Source: Mizuhopecten yessoensis (Eukaryota). From it: a stretch of DNA of 64,000 nt. Positions 1 to 13,100 of the stretch are shown here, piece by piece (the first letter of the stretch is position 1; every line of letters starts with the position of its first letter). The stretch is from the NCBI RefSeq assembly GCF_002113885.1, contig NW_018405506.1, forward strand, positions 1,522,199 to 1,586,198, written 5' to 3'. The notes beneath the pieces are model-generated. The model had not been told where the DNA came from, did no database searches, and saw nothing but the letters and a program-made list of their open reading frames with translations. The position numbers and the translations under genes were made by a program.

Positions 1-966
1 TGGAGTTGTCCTTACAACAGTTTTATGGTATGTTTGTGAAGAAGGCTATTCACTTCTGGAGGAATCGAATAGTGACGCTAGTCCAGCTGCTGATCCCCGT
101 GGCGTTCACTATCTTGGCCCTAGTAGTTGCGGAGACCGTGCCTAAACCGGGAAACGAACCCTCTTTACTTCTTGACCTTGTGCCCTTTGGCTCTAATAGT
201 GTCGTAGGATACCGTTCTAGTAATGTTTCCTCGAACATAGTCACAACTTACAAAGATACATTCAATGGATATCAAACTGAAGAGTTTTTACCGACCAGCA
301 GTTTCATAGACGAGTTACTTGTGAAGGCAAAGGCAATAGGTACAGCTACATTCAACAAACGGTATATTATAGGTGCAGATTTCAATTACAATGCGTCAGA
401 AACAACATTAAAGGTGACATCGTTTTTCAATGGAGAGACATTTCACGGTCCGGCAATAACTGTAGCCTACACGATGAATGCAATCCTACAGTTTTTTACT
501 GACAGCCAACACTCCATTACGACCCACAACTCCCCGTTCAAGGAGACGCTGGAGGCAAACAGTCGCTCTGTGGCCGGGGCTACGCTTGGGACCGGTTTCA
601 CAATCGCATTCACCATTTTGTTTGGAATGGCGTTTCTGTCCACTAGTTTCATCATATTTCTGATAAAAGAACGAGCAAATGGCGCAAAACACCTCCAGAA
701 GGTGAGTGGAGTCAGCAACCTTGCGTACTGGGCATCAAGTTTTTCTTGGGACATCATCAACTACCTTATTCCTGTCCTGCTCATCATGGCGGTGTTTGCT
801 GCATTCCAGACCGAGGCTTATTCAGGCGGAGGTCGCCTTGGTTATGTGTTTCTTCTTTTCCTCCTCTACGGGATAGCGTGTCTTCCATTCGTGTACCTCC
901 TTCACTACTTGTTCAATGTTCCTGCTACAGGGATGGTGGTAGTAACTATGCTTAACATCGTCACAG
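1..966 (+). CDS. ABCA3: ABCA copy A exon (TMD2/ECD2)
   Basis: ORF 6-977; donor ACAG|gtaggt at 967. Confidence 0.9.
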
Positions 967-3698
967 GTAGGTGTTAATGTCATAAAAGAATGGAGGTAGT
1001 CACCAAACTTATTATCGGTTACAATCTTTAATATTGCCACCAAAACTGACAAAGTGACAGGTGCGTGTCACGTTTCAGTGATAAGATAATGGATTCAATT
1101 AGGAGAACAAATATTTTAATTTTAAAAATGTATCATCTTTTTTTAGATGTATCAACCCCCTTATGTAATATTTATGTCCCTTGATATCCCTAGGCCTCGC
1201 TACTACCATGGCTGTGTTCGTTCTCCGGTTCCCGTTCTTGGGGACCCTTGACGTGTCAAACGGCCTAGACTGGGTGTTTAGCGTTATCATTCCCCACTAC
1301 TGCCTCGGTCTCGGCCTCATGAACATCTACACAAACTACGAATACATCAACTCCTGTAACGCCATTAACTACAAGTTAACCTGTCTCATACCAATCATCA
1401 ACAAGAACCCATGCTGTCAAGGTAGGTCACCAACAAGGGAATAGGGACGAACATTTTAAAGCGCACAAAGCAACGTCTGTTACCATGATTAAGACATGAA
1501 GTGCTATGTACTACCTTGATTGGCCTAGATAGCTTTTACTTGTTCTGCAATTAAAACAATCCGGTTCTGTAAAGATGTCCGCGTCTGTAAGCTAATTCGT
1601 GACAAAATATATTTTTCATTTCAGATACCTGTGCTGACAACTGTTTCTCGTTCACGGAGGAGTATCTGCGATGGGAGTCACCTGGTATTGGGAAGTACCT
1701 GATCTTCATGGTCATACAGGCGATTGTATACTTCCTCCTCATCTTTCTTGTAGAAAGTGGCATGTTTAACCAATTGTTCTACTTCCTGTCAGGCACGGCC
1801 GAAAATTCTGTGGGCAGCTCGATGGTGGCTATGGAAGAACAGGAATATGGAAAGGAAGAGGAGGACAGTGACGTCAGGAATGAGAGGAGGCGCGTCAACA
1901 ATACGCCACTAGAGACCCTGATGCAGACCGACTCTCTTATCATTAAAAACCTGTCGCGGACTTACGGCAATCTAAAAGCGGTCCAAAATATATCCATTGG
2001 AGTAGCACCTCAGGAATGTTTTGGGCTTCTGGGACAAAATGGCGCTGGGAAAACGTCCACGTTTAAGATGCTCACAGGAGATCAAATCGTGAGCAGAGGA
2101 AACGCATACGTCAACACATACAGTATACAAGATCAGATACGCAGTGTGAGTTACACCTGCAGAATGGAATTAACCACATATCGATTCAGTTAAACAGTAA
2201 CATCTGAAACGATACGATACACAGAACCAAAGAACCCCTTCACGTAGATGATTCCCTACTGATTTACAATTCACATTGGTTATTATGCAATGCATATCAG
2301 TCGTTTCATTACCATTAGTCGATGCTAAAGCAGTAAGCTCCAAATCATATGTATTTGACATGTTCCTCCGGTTATAATGGCAACATGGGAATTTCAGAAA
2401 CTCGCGTGCAATTCACATTGTTCTAAACTTTTCTTTGAAGGTCCAGCAGAACCTCGGCTACTGTCCGCAGTTTGACTCCCTGATTGAACAAATGACCGGA
2501 CGAGAGACGCTGACCATGTACGCCCGACTAAGGGGAGTTCAGGAACACCAGATTAAGCCTGTGGTCAATGAGTTACTGGACATTATGACACTGCGACAGT
2601 ACGCGGACAAGAATTGTGCATATTACAGGTAAGTCAGTAAACTGACGCAGATTCTTGTGTTTTCTTAGAGAGGGTGATACGTTGGGAGATATGGCTATAA
2701 AGTATTATGACTAATGCAGCTAACATGAAAAATGTGTTACCTGAGTATAGTGAAATATTTTGTATGCAAATGGACCTCATACAAAGCCATGTTAAGAATA
2801 CATATTTCAATCATCTGTCTTGACAAAACGGCATGTTTGTTGTCTTGCTCTAGTACATCATCCGAGATATGTGATAATTCACAATGTTCTTTTTGTATAG
2901 TGGTGGCAATAAGCGGAAGCTGAGTACAGCAATGGCGCTGATAGGAGACCCGCCCTTCGTTTTATTGGACGAGCCAACAACGGGAATGGACCCTGGTGCC
3001 AGGAGAACCCTGTGGAATGTGCTGTCCAAGATCAGAGCCAGTGGTCGCACTCTGGTTCTAACGTCTCACAGGTACGGCAGACCATGTTCACTAATGTAAG
3101 GTCACTAAAACGCTTGGAATGTAAACATTTAGTTTAAAGTTCTGCATTGTTTATTTTTTTGGTTGGCCAAATCAAATTTCACATGCGCAGTTCAGAATGT
3201 CTCCTGTCTGTATGATACAGTTTTAAAATGGTTCTAGGTACTGTATTTGAACATTTATATTCTTTTTATTGTAGTATGGAGGAATGTGACGCGCTGTGTA
3301 CTAAGATTGTAATCATGGTCAACGGTAGGTTTGTCTGTTTGGGAAGTCCTCAGCATCTTAAAAACAAATTCGGTCATGGTTACACTCTTATAGTAAGGCT
3401 CGGATCTGACGACGACGGCAACACAGCAAGTGGTGATGCACTGAAAAACTATATCATCAAGACATTTCAAAATGCTGATATATTCGATGGTCACCAAGGT
3501 TACCTCCATTTCCAAATCCCAGATGCAGATGTTCCTTTAGCCCGTGTTTTTGGCGCAATGGAGCGCGCAAAAGCACAGTTCAACATTGAGGATTACTCTG
3601 TTCACCAAACAACTCTAGAACAGGTATTCCTAACTTTCACAAGACACCAGACAGCTCCCAAGGAAAAGAAAAAAAAGAAAACGTGTGGCTGCTGCTGA
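1..3698 (+). CDS. ABCA3: ABC transporter subfamily A (ABCA3-like) copy A, 5'-partial; exons <1-966, 1194-1421, 1625-2145, 2441-2628, 2901-3071, 3275-3698
   Basis: GT-AG joined exons give TMD2 ([25 protein letters not shown]), NBD2 Walker A GQNGAGKT, signature YSGGNKRK, Walker [13 protein letters not shown]-loop TSHSMEEC and TTLEQVFL. Phases are consistent. The symbol is family-level, not a proven orthologue. Confidence 0.92.
1194..1421 (+). CDS. ABCA3: ABCA copy A exon
   Basis: ccctag|GC acceptor; [12 protein letters not shown]...PHYCLG; donor G|gtaggt. Confidence 0.88.
1625..2145 (+). CDS. ABCA3: ABCA copy A exon (NBD2 Walker A)
   Basis: tttcag|AT acceptor; [17 protein letters not shown]; donor |gtgagt. 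Confidence 0.9.
2441..2628 (+). CDS. ABCA3: ABCA copy A exon (Q-loop)
   Basis: [12 protein letters not shown]; donor AG|gtaagt. Confidence 0.9.
2901..3071 (+). CDS. ABCA3: ABCA copy A exon (signature, Walker B)
   Basis: SGGNKRKLS...[10 protein letters not shown]...TSH. Confidence 0.9.
3275..3698 (+). CDS. ABCA3: ABCA copy A last coding exon
   Basis: SMEECDALC...TTLEQVFL...[10 protein letters not shown]-stop. Confidence 0.9.
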
Positions 3699-6600
3699 TA
3701 ACCTTGGTAATTCTCGTGCATTTTTCAGAAATTATCAGCCTTACACTTGTCGCTGGAAGGATGATTATTAGCTGTATAATGTCCGGAAGAGTTAGTATTA
3801 ACCTTGTCCCTCGGAGGATCAATGCTTTCATTGTCTCTTGCACAATGAAGTGTTACTAGTATCGGAACGGACTAATTTTACCAAAGACCAATTGCCATTG
3901 TCACTGAAAAGACAATAGTGGTACGTATTGTTATACCAGGAAGGACCCGTGTTACTCTTCATTCCGGATGAAGTAATGTTTCTATTTCCTGGAAGGATAA
4001 GTATCTGTGAAAAGACCAAAGTAACCAGTTTATCAGTAACCTGCCATCACTTACGAACATCACAAATGACAAACACCAATAGCAAACCCAACTTACCTTA
4101 AATATTGTTATCCATTTAATATTTCACATTTGTTTTTTAACAAATTAGCAATGTTCATAGGCTAAGTGATCCTGTGATAATTGTGGCTGCTTAAATGTCT
4201 TTTGAATACAAAACGTCTAACGACTGCCTCCTCTTAAATAGACGATCGTGGTCCAGACAGTGCCCATGCCAAGGCGGTATGTTGGGGCTTAAAACTTGAT
4301 AAAACTCGGCTCTTTCCTCGTGCCATTGCAAGGAGAATCGTGCCAACGAAATACAATTGTGGTGTTGTGATATTGTTTATGATCAAATCCGTAAAATATT
4401 TGTGTTGTGAGTTGTGCACTATATGTATGTAGGTCTACCCCTCCATTCCCACCCACCAACCACACCCTACCCGGTGATCCTTGGACTGCGAGTGCTAGAT
4501 AATGTCTGTTCCCGTTGATTTTTGTACTAACACCTTAGCGTTTGAATTTGTCTTGACGTCCTGTGTTTTCTCCGTTTAGACACACTATTACATATGGTTA
4601 TTGCTATATCACCAGAATAACAGTCTAGAGTAAAATCTATTCCTACGAGTTTGTGTAGTATTTCTTATATCACACCTCAAACCAAACGCATGCGTGATGT
4701 CCAAGACAGATCCAACATCCTATCGGGTTAAAGGTCAACATATTATATACGGGGTGATTGTTGATGTAAACTAACAGAATGAGTGATGCTTAATAATCAA
4801 TCATTGAACTGATGTGTGAACTAATCTTCTCATGAAATGCATTCACTTTTTTCCACTATCACATTTAAATGAAGAGCAAATATCTACAGTACCACGGAAA
4901 CTCAACACCAGGCGAATGTGATTTAAACACAAACGGTGATGCATCAGTATATGTTTTCTGGTCAAATGTGGTATAACTCCTCTCCTTGAGCACATATCCT
5001 AGAATCGAATAATAAATTCAGAAGAATAGTTACGTTAACACTGTGTTTTCATTATGCGTAGTTATCAACAAATTAACATAGAGAGACACAAGCCGAGTCA
5101 GGAGTTAAATTCCTCTCCTCACTGTCTTATTTTCCACTCCAATATTTAGAGAGAGCACAACATGGGTTATCCAAACATCTTACTGTTTTCATTTTTCTTA
5201 CGTCGCATTTGAACAAATTAAGGAACAAATACATGCATAAGGATGTTGTTTTTCATAACTAGTAAGTAAGCTCATGCACGTTTACTTAGTCCTCATGTAC
5301 ACTGCTTTCCGATTACTATATCTGGACCATCATGTAACAGTTAAATCAGGCCTTGCCATAGAATAGGTTATACTATGAATATCGTTCATCAGATGATTTT
5401 ATAACTGTTATTTATTTTGTTTTATTGACTTGAAATATACTGTTAATATTAGTCTTCTATAATTATATGCGTAGCATGATTGGTATTGTATTGTATAAGT
5501 TTCCTCAAATTGATTTCATGGGATCGGACTATTCTATTATTATTAATTATTTGTTGCTATGTGCAGGTATGATCGATACTGTATATCTGTGATACATTGT
5601 GAAATATGTTTCGACAATCAAAAGCTATTGCTTTGTTTCGGAAATAAACCAACAAAAAAAATGATTTGTGTGACTTTTTCCATGAAAAGATTATTTATCT
5701 TTATCCTCTCCTTCGTTCCTCTTACGTACATGAATATTTTCATTTCTAAACATTTTAATTTAAATAAGAACACAAGACTGCACTTTGGGTACAATCAACA
5801 ACAAAAAAACAGTATTAGTAAAAACATCCTTTAAATAACTACTAAAAAATCCCTTTACACTAAAGAAACTCGCTATTTAAAAAACAAAACAAAAATGCGA
5901 ACTTCAGTAACTGATATCTGACTGCATTAATTTCTTCAGATAATTTAAAAAATACGGAGCAAAATGTAATGCGTGCCTGTTGTGTAACAATGTCATCGAT
6001 GACGTATACAGGTAACACCTCTATACAGGTACGAACCTACAATTCCCTCACTCTCCACGTACAAACACATACTTAATAAATACATTTACCCAACTCCACT
6101 TAATTAAAATATATAAAGAAACGAAATGTATTGGTGGAAAGTTATTTCGTTAGCAATCGCCAGTGTGCAACGTTATAAACGACAGAGCCACATAATTTCG
6201 CGGTTTTCGTGTCGATATCACGTCGCTTATGTCATCTTCTGTCCACTTTCGGGTAAGATGGAGGGCAGTTACCAGATGATATTTGTGGGGAGTTACAGAA
6301 CCGATTGTATTGATGCTGTTAAACTTTCACTATGATATCGATCAAAAGGGAAGGTAGAAGTTTCTATTCGTATTAATCACTTTATCATACTATATAGCTA
6401 AAATATACCTGTATACGAGGTTTAGTTTCTGCTGTGGAGATTTAATATTCGACAATATGCTCTCTCTAGACAGTTCCCTGTACCATGACCAGAACTCATA
6501 GAATATGTCATATGGCATCTTTCGCTCTCTGCATAGCAAAATTGAAGGCTCAGTGTGCGCCGTATTGTGGATGAGACAAGAAGACTCATTTGATCTTTTG

Positions 6601-7920
6601 ATGAACATCAAAGGAATCTTGTGGTAGCATAACGGTAAAATCAAATGGCTTTGAAGTATGGAGTCTCTCCTCTGTAATCTTCAAAGGACAGGTATCAGCG
6701 TAGCGGTTGGTCAAGTTTTTTCACCTGAGACCAATCCAATAGCTATATAGCTGCGTGCTTTCAATTTTTGCTATGACATATCCCAGGAGTGCAGAGAGAG
6801 AAAGTGAGCGAAGCCCCTGGAGTATCGAGGATGGTGATATGGATGTGATGATTGAGGTCAAACAATGACATATTTCCAGTCTGCATGACTATGCCATCCC
6901 GAAAAGTATTAATAGGCCAAACCTGGTAATTTTAAGAAAATACAGAAATACTCAGACAAAGAACGGACCTGAATGAAAGACTTGATGCAATCCAAGATCC
7001 GCCTCCGATAGTACTATGTGGGCTGCTGAACGCAGATGTCCATCCCCGGGACTGGTTATTTCTAGTGAATACAATGGAATTAACATCAATATAAAACTAG
7101 TCAACTAATAATGTGGTTTCATCAAGCATTGTTAAAATCGTCTAGTTAAATAATTTGGGTTTGTTTTGCAAATGGCATCCTCGAGTTTGGCGGACTGACA
7201 AATTACCAAAAAAATATATTCTGTAGACACGCATATTTACATATATTTACTAATATAACCATTCGATCTTATCTTTCTTCCAATGACGTAGGCTCGTGAT
7301 ATACACACAGTAAGTCGACAGTAATACGTGCCTGTTCTAGATACTGACCTACGATGAATAATAATGTACCGGTCATGTGACGATACCTTTGTGATCGGTT
7401 TTATTGTTAATGCACGAAGCACAATGCGTCGTACGAAAGAACTGGTATTTCGACTTCAGCGGAATATATCGATTGTCATTTAAATCTATCGTCAGTACTA
7501 CTTTTTAACCCGTGAATCTTAATTGACACCAGAACACAGCACGAATCTCAATTTATCAATGTACCGATATAGCTCTTTCCTAAACAGATCGGTGTAATTA
7601 CACCGACTTATAAATGGTTAATTGAGGATAAGACATTTGTTTATTTTTTGACGCTGAAAATATCTTCAAAGGAATTAGATACATTTTTAATTAAAAATAA
7701 GAAAAATATCTTTCAACGTTGAGTAGATCTTTTAAACAAGTAGAAATATCCCTAAAAGAAAAAGGTATATATTTAATCCAAATAGAGGTAGCGTTAAACG
7801 AATTAATTTATCTTTAAGTGAACTAATTGTATCTTTAAATGTTTAAGTGATACATTTAAGTGAATCAAGGCTGTTTCTGTTTACAAATAAGTTCCTTTCA
7901 ATCTTTTAGTGATTTATTTA

Positions 7921-8100
7921 AGCGAATTAGATATATCTGTTAATTAACATTTACAGATTAATTTTCTAAGAGAATTAAAGATATCTGTTAATTAACATTT
8001 ACAGATTAATTTTCGAAGAGAATTAAAGATATCTGTTAACTAACATTTACAGATTAATTTTCTAAGAGAATTAAAGATATCTGTAAATTAATTTAAGATA
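7921..8100. repeat. 48-bp tandem repeat, ~3.7 copies
   Basis: Unit agagaattaaagatatctgttaattaacatttacagattaattttcta at 7921, 7969, 8017, 8065. Confidence 0.85.
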
Positions 8101-9823
8101 TCTTTAGTAGAGATATTTCATAGTTCTATGATAATTTGAAATACCTGGATTGTCTATACATCATATAACAGAGATATCACAATGAGAGATGATACAGTAT
8201 ATCTAACAATGTACACAAGATAGCTCTTCGTGTAGTAAGTGTTAAGCTTGTTTTCCATATTTCTTAACACTGCTACTCATATTTTCTCCAGTTCTGACCT
8301 CAATAATGTTTTCGGTAACGAGTTCTTTTTATTTAGTCGTTGGGGGTTGATTAGATGTTTACATGAACATATAATGCTATAGATAATCAGTAGAAGGTAT
8401 TATAAAATGCTGATTATTCGAAAAAATGAACATTTTTTGAGAAGATGAGAGAAATGCCATATTTTAAAATTTCCATGGGGGAGATAACGTGTGCTCAAAT
8501 TAAAGGCATTAATACAATTTGTGCGTTTACCGCAAGGGACAAAATAACGCTTAAAATAGCATCGTTTAAACTATTCCTTCAGATGAAATCATCAGATCTT
8601 AGAAAATAGGGATAGTTTAACAGATTCACTGGTTGAAAATGCTCATTTTTAGGGTTCAAAATCGGGAGTCTCCCTCCAAAATAGAAAGAGTTTGCAGCAA
8701 TGTAAATAATGAGGGACGTTGAGAGAGACGTTAAGAGAGACGTCAGAAGCTATGACAGTAGAAGGCTTGGTAACTTCTGAGTAATACTAATATATTTTAT
8801 GATAAGTCGTTATTTAACATAGATAAGGAGACGTTCATACCTTCACAATACATAAGTCACAGGTTTTAGGTAATAAAAAGCCATGTACCCATTCTCTCAG
8901 CCTTGGTTAAACTGAGTGAGTAAGTTATTTATTTTTTCCTTTTGCAAAAGCTGTTCCATTAAATATGCACGTGTCTGTTGGAACAGTGCTTGAGCTGATT
9001 CTGTAGATCTTGTTTTGATAAATATGCATTGTTTAATATATAACAAGTATATCTTCTTTATCTCTTTTCATTATTCATGTTGTATAATCCAAAAAAAAGA
9101 GAAGAAGAAAATGATACTAATAGCTAATACAGTAATATAGGAAGTCCAAGTTTTACAAACACAGTTTTGCCGACATTCCAATAAACAGTGTATTATTGTT
9201 TTATGTATTCATATGGTTGTTGTGGACACAATGTCCATGTGCTGATTTCGAAATACGTACGATCATCTGACTCTGAGTAATGTTAACATTTATATAACTG
9301 GCACTACCTATTTGCAGTACACTCGGACTAAGTACAATGTATACACAGTTTTTTTCTACCGAGGAATGGTTAGGCCCCGTACCCGTATGCAGTGAGGACT
9401 AATAACAAGGACAGAAATAGATTTTTAAACCTTCCTTGTTCATTAAACACACACACGTATATCGACTGTGATCTTAGGCTGGTTGGTTACGCTCGGGTAC
9501 GCATTATAGATTATTGCTCGTCCTATATACTGACCCCTCGGTCTATGTTATATGTACGTAGTCGTTACTCGTCAGGTAGTAGGTACTAGCTGTATCGCCT
9601 AGACAGTCAGTTGTATTCTGTTCGCCAGCAGTAGGATCGATACATACCTGGTTACCTCTGTTCCCACATACACATGTACGGATCTGATCTGGTCTAGTAC
9701 AATCGTTCAAGGAATCCAGTAACACACCATACTGTTACCTGTCATCCGGCTAGATATTCTGTGACCATGGACACCGTGTAACACAATTTTAAAGTGACGG
9801 TTGTACTTCCGGTAAAGTAAGAT

Positions 9824-10130
9824 ATGGGGATGCTACTACAGTTCGGTTTGCTACTATGGAAGAACTTCACAGTTTCCCGAAGGAGAACGTGTGCCACGGT
9901 ATTCGAGATAGCCCTACCATTGGCGTTCGCCTTCCTAATGCTTGTCATCCGCTTCCTTTCTGGCACCACGGACCACTCCACGGCGTTCACGTGGGATCCA
10001 TTTACAGTGAGCGATGTGGGTCTTGCCGTACCCTCCACGACGCGAACCAAAATCTACTACTCCCCTACCTCCACAGCTGTTGACGATGTTATGTCGAAGG
10101 TGACCACGGCGTTGAACGGCAATGCTACAG
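9824..10130 (+). CDS. ABCA3: ABCA copy B exon 1
   Basis: ATG at 9824; LLLWKNF...FEIALP; donor ACAG|gtatat. Confidence 0.88.
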
Positions 10131-13100
10131 GTATATTTTAATTTAAATATTATCACTGCTGAACATTGAATGATTGCAGCCAAAAGCATCTATATACAGA
10201 GATAGAAAGAAAATTCAAGACATAACTGAAAGAAGCAGATTTGTTACTTTATATTTACGTATGATAAATACTCAAAAACACAGCACTGAATTTCAATTTT
10301 ATTGCGCAGGGTTTTACTTCAATATTGTTTTCTTCATGTATCTAAATTTATCACTGAATCGAACACCGTCTTTTTATCAACTCTATTCGCTTCGTAATAA
10401 TTGTGTTTTACTTAATACGAGGATCACGTACGTTGTCAATTGCTAATTTGCGTTCCTATGAATCTCGATGTGTTTTCTCTTTGGCATGTTCCTAGCCACG
10501 TATATGTATATTTTACTTTCACTTTGACGGTTTTTTGGTTTCCTAGAAAGAATAAAGTTTCTTGTATCTAACAACATTCATAATGAGTACGTCAGCGACA
10601 GATCTAGGATATATGTTATGTTGTGAATGTCAGATTGTACCTAAACCAGAAAACGCCCCTCACCTAATAGTTCTGTACTTTTGTAATACAATGCGTTAAT
10701 CTACTCAATTATAATAATCAAGTGAATCCCCCCCTTTTTTTACAAAATATATATATCTATATTTTAACAAAAATGCAAAAGAAAAATAGTCTTATTTTTT
10801 TACCATCCCCTCTGAGATCAACAAAAATATTGGAATGAACATTATATACCTAACAAATTTGACGTGGAATCTAACTCTGTGTTACATTGAGTAACATTAA
10901 TTAAAAGTATAACAAGTTTTGGAATATCTTTTCGTCAAAAAGTTAAACCACCTCACTGCCTTGAATAAATTTATAACTTTTGTATAAATGATGGCGCTTA
11001 TCGCCTTTTTTAAAGAAAGAAAATACCTTAGGTATTAGCAGTATTTGTTATTGACTAATTGATGGGAACTAGGTGTCTGTATTTAGTTTGCATACCTGAA
11101 TGTTGTTGATTTTACGCAGAAAATATTATCAACCATCAAAGTTTGTCAGCAGCGGTAACTTGAACCTTTAAAGTCTATCAGCATTGGTAACTTTGAACCT
11201 ATAAAATTTGTCAGCAGTGGTAACTTGAACTTTCAAAATTTGCCAGCAGTGGTAACTTAATCCAATACAATTTGCCAGCAGTGGTGACTTAACCCAATAC
11301 AATTTGTCAGCAGTGGTGACTTAACCCAATACAATTTGTCAGCAGTGGTGACTTGACCCAATACAATTTGCCAGCACTGGTGACTTAACCCAATACAATT
11401 TGCCAGCAGTGGTGACTTGACCCAATACAATTTGTCAGCAGTGGTGACTTGACCTAGTACAATTTGCCAGCAGTGGTGACTTGACCCAATACAATTTGTC
11501 AGCAGTGGTGACTTGACCCAATACAATTTGCCAGCAGTAGTAACTTGACCCAATACAATTTGCCAGCAGTGGTGACTTAACCCAATATAATTTGCCAGCA
11601 GTGGTAACTTGACCCAATACAAGTTGCCAGCAGTGGTGACTTAACCCAATACAATTTGCCAGCAGTGGTAACTTGACCCAATACAAGTTGCCAGCAGTGG
11701 TGACTTAACCCAATCCAATTTGCCAGCAGTGGTGACTTGACCCAATACAATTTGCCAGCAGTGGTGACTTAACCCAAAACAATTTGCCAGCAGTGGTGAC
11801 TTAACCCAATACAATTTGCCAGTAGTGGTGACTTAACCCAATACAATTTGTCAGCAGTGGTAACTTGACCCAATACAATTTGCCAGCAGTGGTGACTTGA
11901 CCCAATACAAGTTGCCAGCTGTGGTGACTTGACCCAATACAATTTGCCAGCAGTGGTGACCTAACCTAATACAATTTGCCAGCAGTGGTGACTTAACCCA
12001 ATACAATTTGCCAGCAGTGGTGACTTAACCCAATACAATTTGCCAGCAGTGGTGACTTGACCCAATACAATTTGCCAGCAGTGGTGACTTAAACCTTTAA
12101 AATTTGTTAAAAAAATGTTTGTTTGTTTTTAAGATTGATGGAAAGACTCGTATAATCCCGTTTGAAAAGCATTCAAGATTATCAATTGATGTTTTCAGGA
12201 AATTATATCAATTTGAGTGATTACAACGGAACCAAAAGCGAGTGGTCTTTAAAGACCAAAGGGGTCTATGAGCCCGTTGACCCCTCCTAACCCAGATATA
12301 ACGAATTTGTCACCCTGACACTCTTTTATTACATTTTTTCCTGCAATATTGTAAGTCACTTTGTGAGTTTGAGTTGTACGTGACTGCTACTAAAATAGCC
12401 CCTAACGAGTTAGGTCTACCGGACATCTTTTAAATAGTTTTTGGCAATTTTTCGGACAAACCACAACTATCTTTGCAATTAGCATCCTACAGGCCCTCTC
12501 AGTGCCTGTTTCGGTGAATTTGCTGTCGTTTTAGATTGCGTGAAGGCTATTTTATCCTGTAAATGTGTCGGACGCCATCTTTGTTGCTATGAAGAGAGAT
12601 TCTAGTTTGAGTTATCTCCCCTCGCACGTGCTTTTATAGACGGCAGAGCGGGGTCTATAGAAATATAGACCCCGGCAAAATATCCAATCAGAAAGAGTGT
12701 TTCAAATTAGAAGGGTGACAATAAGTTATATCCTATTTATATATATTTATATGTACCTAGGAAACCTATACAAGCCCGTTGAAGGAACTGAGCGTTAACC
12801 CGTGTTGTGTATTAGATAAACCCCCGAAATGTGTGATTTATATAATGATTTGTGTTGGATTACGTTTATTTCCATAGTGACCTCCTACGCCTCGTCAACT
12901 CTGTTACGTAACGCATATGACCTGAATTCTGCGTCGGTGTGGGCGGCCGTCGAGTTTGACGAGTCGGCCGACTACACGTCTACCCTTCCTAGTCACGTGA
13001 AGTACTCACTGAGGGTAGCGCTGTATGAGAAGGCAAACGAAAAGAAATGGTACACGGACCGGTCTTATCAGTTCTTCCAGGCCCCGGGTTACAGAAACAA

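Noticed and set aside
11140-12095. CRISPR-like regular repeats (also 17739-19042, 25732-26510, 60358-61122)
   Set aside because: Units are head-to-tail with no unique spacers, there are no cas genes, and the context is a eukaryotic intron.
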